DNA of 64,000 nt from an uncultured Eubacteriales bacterium (lineage in GTDB: Bacteria > Bacillota > Clostridia > Saccharofermentanales > Saccharofermentanaceae). The notes below the pieces were generated by a model that had not been told where the DNA came from, made no database searches, and was given only the letters and a program-made list of their open reading frames with translations. The position numbers and the translations under genes are program-made. How positions within the stretch are numbered: position 1 is the first letter of the stretch; each line of letters opens with the position of its first letter. Positions 58,128 through 64,000 of this stretch are shown here, piece by piece. The DNA is taken from the NCBI GenBank assembly GCA_900317035.1, contig ONFC01000001.1, positions 462 to 64,461 on the forward strand, written 5' to 3'.

Positions 58128-59625
58128 CTGTTTCTACCTGCTTATAAAGAAGCGGGAATAAGTGCTTCTTTATGATATAGATGTCATGCTCATCCTCTTC
58201 ACGAACGGCGATATAATCACCGACGTTCCCGAGATAGTATTTTTCTTCGTCCCACTGTGTAAAGATCTTCACACTGCGATCGAGAGGCTTTGCGTAGATC
58301 AGTCCGCCACCACTGCTGACCACTGCCTGCGCATACTGCATGACGTCGATCCTCTGACCGGTAGCGAGATTCTTGATACTTGGCGAGTACTCGACTTTTC
58401 TTGAGTAAGGACGATGAAGCTCCGAATACCTGGAGCGGATCTTTTCTTCACTTGTCGGATAGACTTCACCCTCGATGCCGACCATGAGGTAACTATCGTC
58501 CTCTACAGTAATTACAACATCACCTTCAAGAGTTCGGATCTCAATCTGTGTCTTGGCAGGGAAGAGGTCAGCAAGGCGCACAATACCAACTTCCTGAGGA
58601 AGCTTCTCGTAAAGGGGCATTGAAGATGTGTCCAGAACGGTATCTTTGGTATAAAGTATCGTGAACATATCGAAGTATTCTTTCATACGCTCCTTCAGAA
58701 GTTCGGAAGGATCTTTATCCAGTTTCTCCGGGCGAAGGGAACCGCCGGCCTTTAAAATATGACCGCCGCCGCCGCCAAGGCCATCCGCAAGAAAAGCGGC
58801 GAGTTCATTGGCATGAACTTCTTTCGTACAGCTTCTTACTGAAAATTTGATCTCGTACTGGCTGACAAAATATGCCAGGCATACATCCACTTTATCTGTC
58901 TCAAGGGAAAAATCTGAAATAACGCCGAGAATGTTCGGATCACATGGCTCGGCCTGAAGGATCAGATAGTTGTGATCCTCGAAGAATTCAAAATCCAGGA
59001 TCGCTTTACCGGTAATTTTTAATTCGGAAAGAGATATGTTGGCATTACTCATTTTAGTAATCAGACTGCGCTGGATGCCGGGATTTAAAGAATCGATCAT
59101 ATCACGGTCGAGTGGGTGGGACACTTCGGAAAGACGGTTAGTGTCAGAATAAAGGCCGTAATAGAGCGCGGTAGCTAAGTTCTTGTCCTCGCACACATCC
59201 AGTCCCTCAGAACGGATCAGATCCCAGACAACGGTTGCGCAGCTGCCGATGTTGCTTCTGATCTCGGCAAGTTCAGGCAGGGCGACAGTAAGCTGATGGT
59301 GATCTATGATGGCAATATTTTTCGCTTTCGTTTGAGTAACATTTCTCTGTCCGTACTGACAGTCAACAGTGATGAGAAGATCCGGTTCTTCGTCAAAACC
59401 GTCAAACCCGGGCTCGTATGAAACCGGGATCGATAGCTCAGTCAGCATGATCACAAGATTGCTTTTCTGGACCTTGTTATTACCGCGGTAGATGAAACGA
59501 ACCTGTTTGCCTTGCTTGGCAAAGTACCAGTGAAGGGCCATTCCGCTGGCCAGAGCATCCGCGTCCGGATTGTCATGGCACTGGATCACGATGTTGTTAA
59601 ACGGTAAAAGATCACTAAGTCTCAT
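58120..59625 (-). CDS. DHH/DHHA1 family phosphoesterase with C-terminal extension
   Basis: 501 aa. DHH motifs (QCHDNPDADALAS, IIDHH) and the DHHA1 motif GGGGGHILKAGG. There are about 170 extra C-terminal residues. The stop overlaps the TIR gene stop by 8 nt (convergent). Confidence 0.8.
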   Translation of the reverse strand: MRLSDLLPFNNIVIQCHDNPDADALASGMALHWYFAKQGKQVRFIYRGNNKVQKSNLVIMLTELSIPVSYEPGFDGFDEEPDLLITVDCQYGQRNVTQTKAKNIAIIDHHQLTVALPELAEIRSNIGSCATVVWDLIRSEGLDVCEDKNLATALYYGLYSDTNRLSEVSHPLDRDMIDSLNPGIQRSLITKMSNANISLSELKITGKAILDFEFFEDHNYLILQAEPCDPNILGVISDFSLETDKVDVCLAYFVSQYEIKFSVRSCTKEVHANELAAFLADGLGGGGGHILKAGGSLRPEKLDKDPSELLKERMKEYFDMFTILYTKDTVLDTSSMPLYEKLPQEVGIVRLADLFPAKTQIEIRTLEGDVVITVEDDSYLMVGIEGEVYPTSEEKIRSRYSELHRPYSRKVEYSPSIKNLATGQRIDVMQYAQAVVSSGGGLIYAKPLDRSVKIFTQWDEEKYYLGNVGDYIAVREEDEHDIYIIKKHLFPLLYKQVETVS

Positions 59626-59710
59626 AGGCTTGCTCCTGCATTTTATGTCTTTATTATTCTACCATTCTCTTTCTGTAAAAGGAAATGAGAATGGAAATAG
59701 AAAATCGCTA

Positions 59711-59739
59711 TTGACACGGTTCGGGTCTATCAGTATAAT
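59711..59739 (+). promoter_or_regulatory. consensus sigma-A promoter of tRNA-Leu
   Basis: TTGACA (59711-59716), a 17-nt spacer, then TATAAT (59734-59739). Confidence 0.7.
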
Positions 59740-59759
59740 AATTCATGCTTCAAAGCCAT

Positions 59760-59842
59760 GCGGCGGTGGCGGAATTGGCAGACGCGCACGTTTGAGGGGC
59801 GTGTGGGCGACCATACGGGTTCAAGTCCCGTTCGCCGCACCA
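59760..59842 (+). tRNA. tRNA-Leu (anticodon GAG)
   Basis: Acceptor GCGGCGG/TCGCCGC, anticodon arm CACGT-TTGAGGG-GCGTG, variable arm TGG-GCGA-CCA, T arm ACGGG-TTCAAGT-CCCGT, encoded CCA. Confidence 0.9.
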
Positions 59843-59846
59843 GAAT

Positions 59847-59886
59847 AAGGACTATCCAGGGTAACCGGATAGTCCTTTTCTTTTTC
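59847..59886 (+). terminator. rho-independent terminator after tRNA-Leu
   Basis: AAGGACTATCC...GGATAGTCCTT stem followed by TTCTTTTT. Confidence 0.75.
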
Positions 59887-60004
59887 CTCGGTTTATCCGG
59901 TGCTGTCCATGCCCGGCTTTTTCTAAGATTGATTTGATTTTTACGAGAGAGTATAATTTTTATGGGCTCAGATTGAATGAAATCATGCCCGAAGGAGGAT
60001 TATT

Positions 60005-61975
60005 ATGGGGTGTAGATTTAAAAGACTTGCCAGCTTGGTGCTGTCTGTTTCAATGATAGTTTCTCTTACTGCCTGTGCATCTAAAAACGAAAAAAAAGAG
60101 GATGAGCCATCCTTTGTTTCTTCCGCCACAACATTCCTTGATGCGGCAGTAAAACTTGATTCGAAAAAAATCAAGAAACTGGATAAAGAATTCGGTGTCG
60201 GAAAAAGCTTTGTAAATGAACTAAGTGATATCGCCGATAATAAATATGTGCAAACGATCATGGATAAGGCTTCCTTTGAGATCGACGAGGACTCTATTAA
60301 AGAAACAAAGAAAAAAGCATCCTGTGAGGTTGCTGTTACCTTACCGGATTACGAGAAGGCTTTTAACGAAGCAGAGAGCTTTGGGGAGTTTGAAGATCTC
60401 ATCTCTTCACAAAAGGAAAAGAAATACAAGGTACAGAATCTTGATCTGGAGTTTAAGATCAAAGACGGCGAGTACATCCTGGAAAGTGAAGAAGCCGGAG
60501 ATTTTATCGAGGATCTCTATGATGAGATGCTTGAAATGATTAGTGATTTTGAGTATGTTATCTCCCGATTCACAGATAGACCAACTCCTACTACAACTAC
60601 GGATATGCCAACAGCTACTCCTGAACCAACTCCAGAACCGACTACGACAGAACCTACTTATACGGATGGCGCTGTTACCCAAAAAGACAGCTATGGTAAT
60701 GGTTCGGTCGTGATCAATCTTTATACGATGAGCCCGGAAGTTCCGAATATGGTCCGTGTTTTTATGGAGCAAAATCCGGATATGGCATCAAAGTATGTTG
60801 TCATTACTATGGTATGCCAGAATGCGAGCAAGGCATATGAGACGCGGCTGAATGCGGCTTTGACTGCAGGAGGAGCCGGAGCACCGGACATTTATGTTGC
60901 TGAGGCCGATTATCTTCTGCCATATAGCCAGGGTGCTTTTGCACAATATGCGGCACCTTATTCTGATTTTATCGATAATTTCAACGCGAAACTGAACGAC
61001 GCGCAAATTGCCCAGTATACGGTCGATCTTGGTACGAATCCGGATGGGAAAACAGTAGCACTGGGGTATCAGAGCACCGGTGGAGCGATGATCTATTCTT
61101 CATCTATCGCCAGAAAAGTATTTGGATCAGATGATCCTGCTGTAATCGAGGAAACAGTTGGAGCCGGATCCGGAAACTGGACGAAATTCGTTGAAGCCTG
61201 TAAGAAACTGAATCAGAAAGGCTATGCACCCGTTGCTGATATTAATGACCTTTGGACAGTCTGTTCAAAGGGCTCTGCTACACCGTGGGTCGTTGATGGT
61301 CAGCTTAATATCGATCCATTGAAAGATGAATATTTAGATCTTGCAAAGCAGATGATCGATAATAACTGGACAAATGAGACGCGAAACTGGTCGATGGACT
61401 GGTATGATGCTATGAATGGCAAATCCAAGGACCCTAAAACAAATAAAGTCCGTAAGGTGTTTGCTTTCTTTGGACCGGCATGGCTGATCAATTACTCTAT
61501 GGCTGCTGAAGCAACAGATACGAGAGGGGACTGGCGTGTCTGCAAATCACCGGTTAGCTTCTGGTGGGGAGGAACGTGGATCTTCGCCAATAAAGATAGT
61601 ATTGGAAACGCAGACAAAAAAGAGTTTATTTCCCGTTTCCTGGATTGGGTAACTCTGGATACATCTGATACAGGTCTTCAGTATATGTGGGCTTCCGGTT
61701 TATTAAATGACGCAGGAACAAAGGATACGGTAGCATCGGGCAAAGTTCTGTCCATGATAGATGGAAGCATGGATTTCCTGGGAGGTCAGAATGCGTTCCC
61801 TATCTTTATTGAAGCTAGTAACAGCGCTTCTTCTTTAGATGTTACTGAGTATGATGCGCCTCTGAATAGTGAATTCTCATTCCAGGCTGAAAGCTATGCA
61901 CGTGGTGAGATTTCAAAAGATAAGGCGATATCGGATTTTAAAGAATATTGTGCTTCGTTGGGCTTATCTGTCTGA
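60005..61975 (+). CDS. ABC-type extracellular solute-binding lipoprotein with extra N-terminal lipoprotein domain
   Basis: 656 aa. Lipobox LTAC. An N-terminal domain of about 190 aa is paralogous to the next gene. A PT-rich linker follows, then a family-1 SBP-like body of about 440 aa. No permease or ATPase genes are adjacent. Confidence 0.7.
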   Translation: MGCRFKRLASLVLSVSMIVSLTACASKNEKKEDEPSFVSSATTFLDAAVKLDSKKIKKLDKEFGVGKSFVNELSDIADNKYVQTIMDKASFEIDEDSIKETKKKASCEVAVTLPDYEKAFNEAESFGEFEDLISSQKEKKYKVQNLDLEFKIKDGEYILESEEAGDFIEDLYDEMLEMISDFEYVISRFTDRPTPTTTTDMPTATPEPTPEPTTTEPTYTDGAVTQKDSYGNGSVVINLYTMSPEVPNMVRVFMEQNPDMASKYVVITMVCQNASKAYETRLNAALTAGGAGAPDIYVAEADYLLPYSQGAFAQYAAPYSDFIDNFNAKLNDAQIAQYTVDLGTNPDGKTVALGYQSTGGAMIYSSSIARKVFGSDDPAVIEETVGAGSGNWTKFVEACKKLNQKGYAPVADINDLWTVCSKGSATPWVVDGQLNIDPLKDEYLDLAKQMIDNNWTNETRNWSMDWYDAMNGKSKDPKTNKVRKVFAFFGPAWLINYSMAAEATDTRGDWRVCKSPVSFWWGGTWIFANKDSIGNADKKEFISRFLDWVTLDTSDTGLQYMWASGLLNDAGTKDTVASGKVLSMIDGSMDFLGGQNAFPIFIEASNSASSLDVTEYDAPLNSEFSFQAESYARGEISKDKAISDFKEYCASLGLSV

Positions 61976-62002
61976 AACTAAATTATTTGGAGGAAATAGT
62001 AT

Positions 62003-62644
62003 ATGAAGAAATCAGTAAAATTCGTTAGTGCAATTCTTTCGGGGGTCATGGCACTTTCACTGGCTGGCTGCAGTTCCGGTTCGAGCAATAAGAAGGTAGT
62101 CAAAGAAGCGGAAGCTGTGCTGGAAGAGATCACATCCTTAGACTATAAGAGTATGAAGGCTCGTGATGCATACAGTAAACAATATATCGATATGGTTAAG
62201 TCGATCTCCAAAGATGAGATGAATGTATTGCTGTGGAGTAAAGCGAAAATATCTGTCGATTCCGATAGCGTTAAGACGAAAAAGGGAAAAACAACTTGTG
62301 AAGCTACGGTAGATATTATCGAGTACAAAACTTTAGTAAAAGTATTTACTAAAGAATATAGAATGGATGAATTCGATGATGACGATGAAGCTATGGAAGC
62401 CATGAAGGAAATCATCGATAAAGTGAAAGAAAAAGATTATACATCCATTGATGTAACGCTGGAATTCGAAGAAGATGATGGTGATTATCTGCTGGAGAAC
62501 GGGGATGAGATTTTCCAGGATCTGTTTTTTGAAGTTTTCCAACAGGTGGATGGGAATCCATATGTAGAAAAATCAAAAGAGAATCAAGAGAAAGAAAAAG
62601 CACGTAGAGAGAGCATCGAATCTGCTGCTGCAGAGGATGATTAA
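62003..62644 (+). CDS. lipoprotein of unknown function (paralogue of the N-terminal domain of the preceding gene)
   Basis: 213 aa. Lipobox LAGC. Shared strings with the SBP N-domain: K..SCEV.V..PDY versus KTTCEATVDIIEY, and LEFKIKDGEYILE versus LEFEEDDGDYLLE. Confidence 0.6.
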   Translation: MKKSVKFVSAILSGVMALSLAGCSSGSSNKKVVKEAEAVLEEITSLDYKSMKARDAYSKQYIDMVKSISKDEMNVLLWSKAKISVDSDSVKTKKGKTTCEATVDIIEYKTLVKVFTKEYRMDEFDDDDEAMEAMKEIIDKVKEKDYTSIDVTLEFEEDDGDYLLENGDEIFQDLFFEVFQQVDGNPYVEKSKENQEKEKARRESIESAAAEDD

Positions 62645-62659
62645 TCCTGAACTGAGTAT

Positions 62660-63442
62660 ATGAAAGTTACGGTTCTTTCGGATAATATGAGTAAAAACGG
62701 ACTTTTGACCGAGCATGGCCTGAGTCTTTATATAGAGACGCAAAAGCACCGGATCCTTTTTGATTTCGGTGCAAGCGATCTCTTTATTCAGAATGCGGAA
62801 AAACTCGGGATCGATCTCGGTCTGGTGGACATAGCATTTCTTTCGCACGGGCATTATGACCATGGCGGCGGACTTATGGCGTTTTTGGAAAGAAACGGTA
62901 TTGCTAATATCTATATGCACGAAGCGGTATTTGAACCGCATTATAACGGAAGAAATGAGTATATCGGGCTGGATCCGACTCTTGATGGACATCCGCGCTA
63001 TGTCAAGGTGCAAGGTGATGTGAAGATCGACGATGAGCTCTCGTTTGTCTGTATGACCCGATTGAAGTCTCCTGTTCATACGAATGGCCAGAAGGTGAAA
63101 CTCGGACCATATATGCAGAACGAAAGATATGAACATGAGATGTATCTCCTGATCCATGAAGGGTATAAGGATCATCTAATCAGCGGATGTGCGCATAAAG
63201 GGATCATCAATCTTGTGCATGCGTTCCGATTTCAGACATTCATCGGCGGGCTTCATCTGATGAAGCTTGATCCCCTGTGGGATGAGGAGATCCTGGATGA
63301 TACGGTAAAAGCGGTCAAGGACTCTTATGCGGAGTATTACACCTGTCACTGTACCGGCAAGGAACAGTTCCTCTATTTAAAAGATGAAATCGGGGAGAAG
63401 ATGCATGAGATCTCCTGCGGGGAGACAATAGAAATACAGTAG
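62660..63442 (+). CDS. MBL-fold metallo-hydrolase
   Basis: 260 aa with the HxHxDH motif as SHGHYDHGGG. Confidence 0.85.
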   Translation: MKVTVLSDNMSKNGLLTEHGLSLYIETQKHRILFDFGASDLFIQNAEKLGIDLGLVDIAFLSHGHYDHGGGLMAFLERNGIANIYMHEAVFEPHYNGRNEYIGLDPTLDGHPRYVKVQGDVKIDDELSFVCMTRLKSPVHTNGQKVKLGPYMQNERYEHEMYLLIHEGYKDHLISGCAHKGIINLVHAFRFQTFIGGLHLMKLDPLWDEEILDDTVKAVKDSYAEYYTCHCTGKEQFLYLKDEIGEKMHEISCGETIEIQ

Positions 63443-63471
63443 TTTCACGCTTTTCCATTAACTTAGATAAG

Positions 63472-63557
63472 AATAAGCGGTAAGGAGATATCTTGAGAGG
63501 CGAGTTTTGCGTAAGCAAACTGTTTGAGCCTGGAGGGATATACCCTTACTGCTTATT
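63472..63557 (+). other. long imperfect hairpin (about 86 nt) between the MBL gene and the symporter gene
   Basis: AATAAGCGGTAAGG (63472-63485) pairs with CCTTACTGCTTATT (63544-63557). Inner pairings lead to an AGTTTTGC-GTAA-GCAAACT apex with a GNRA loop. Confidence 0.4.
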
Positions 63558-63705
63558 TATATAATTCTATATGGAAAAGCGGGAAACCCCTTGCATCTTT
63601 ATTTTTCTCTGTTATCATGGGAATGTAGTTTTTATGCCTCTTTTCAGGGGTGAAAGTAAATTGTAGGGCTGTCATCTCACATCGGCAGCGGAAGGATGGT
63701 AGAAT

Positions 63706-64000
63706 ATGGATTCTCTTGATCTCTTGTACGGGATAGTCATTGTCGTGTTCTTCGCGATGATTATCGGTGTAGGTCTGTACTCTAGAAAAAACACCAAAGA
63801 TGTTTCTTCTTTTGTACTTGGTGGCAGAAGGGTAGGACCGTGGCTTACGGCATTCTCCTTCGGCGCGACTTATTTCTCCGCAGTTATTTTTATCGGTTAT
63901 GCAGGTAAGTTCGGATGGGATTTCGGTGTTTCGGCACTGTGGATCGGTCTCGGAAATGCCTTCATAGGTTCTCTTGCCGCATGGGTGGTCCTTGGTAAGC
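63706..64000 (+). CDS. sodium:solute symporter family transporter (5' partial, runs off the window)
   Basis: Not in the ORF track because it has no stop. The ATG at 63706 follows GAAGGATGG. Translation MDSLDLLYGIVIVVFFAMIIGVGLYSRKNTKDVSSFVLGGRRVGPWLTAFSFGATYFSAV is typical of the SSS family (PutP/PanF-like) N-terminus. Confidence 0.8.
   Translation, partial: MDSLDLLYGIVIVVFFAMIIGVGLYSRKNTKDVSSFVLGGRRVGPWLTAFSFGATYFSAVIFIGYAGKFGWDFGVSALWIGLGNAFIGSLAAWVVLGK

Noticed and set aside
52833-59760. Calling 52.8-59.8 kb a mobile genomic island or prophage remnant.
   Set aside because: There is no integrase, transposase, direct repeat of the tRNA-Leu 3' end or phage gene in it. Only the lower apparent GC of the TIR gene and the tRNA proximity hint at horizontal transfer, so it is reported as a finding and not as a mobile_element feature.

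Overview
This is a 64-kb chromosomal segment from a moderate-GC Firmicute. Gene content (Spo0A_C, GlgD, IreB, DUF1292, AzlCD, 2-oxoacid:ferredoxin oxidoreductase) suggests a Clostridia/Lachnospiraceae-like gut or rumen anaerobe, but that is inference. I found no integrase, transposase, CRISPR array or rRNA. Most of the window is housekeeping: ligA, dinB, hpt, HU, secG-rnr, mtaB, ireB-ruvX, mscL, a Ca-type P-type ATPase, a korDABC-like oxidoreductase operon and a glgB-glgC-glgD-glgA-GH13 glycogen operon. There is also a two-component system, ABC transporters, and four tRNAs (a Val-Asp-Phe cluster and Leu), each unit with a near-consensus promoter and terminator. Six things stand out. (1) A roughly 600-nt ORF-free, purine-rich, highly structured stand-alone RNA locus (15.70-16.38 kb) has its own consensus promoter, a closing helix and a terminator. 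Its family is unassigned: it is in the size class of large ornate RNAs and shows only partial, wrongly spaced resemblance to RNase P RNA. (2) A visibly AT-richer gene (55.0-58.1 kb) encodes a 1031-aa protein with a TIR domain, one TM helix and a large beta-propeller-like region. This is a Toll-like-receptor-style topology. It sits next to a PT-repeat wall-anchored surface protein and near tRNA-Leu. (3) Three frame- or reading-disrupting lesions occur in otherwise intact genes. An ABC exporter carries a perfect 14-bp tandem duplication plus a short deletion, and the glycogen-operon GH13 gene carries an in-frame TAG. (4) GlgB and GlgA carry long lysine-rich low-complexity C-terminal tails. (5) A CPBP protease is translationally coupled to a 1053-aa membrane-anchored propeller/CBM protein. 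(6) There are several domain oddities: an HPr-fold protein without the active-site His, a stand-alone Spo0A_C, a cytidylate-kinase-like fusion, and a solute-binding protein carrying an extra lipoprotein domain. All coordinates come from the supplied ORF track plus manual counting. No similarity search, covariance model or GC calculation was run.
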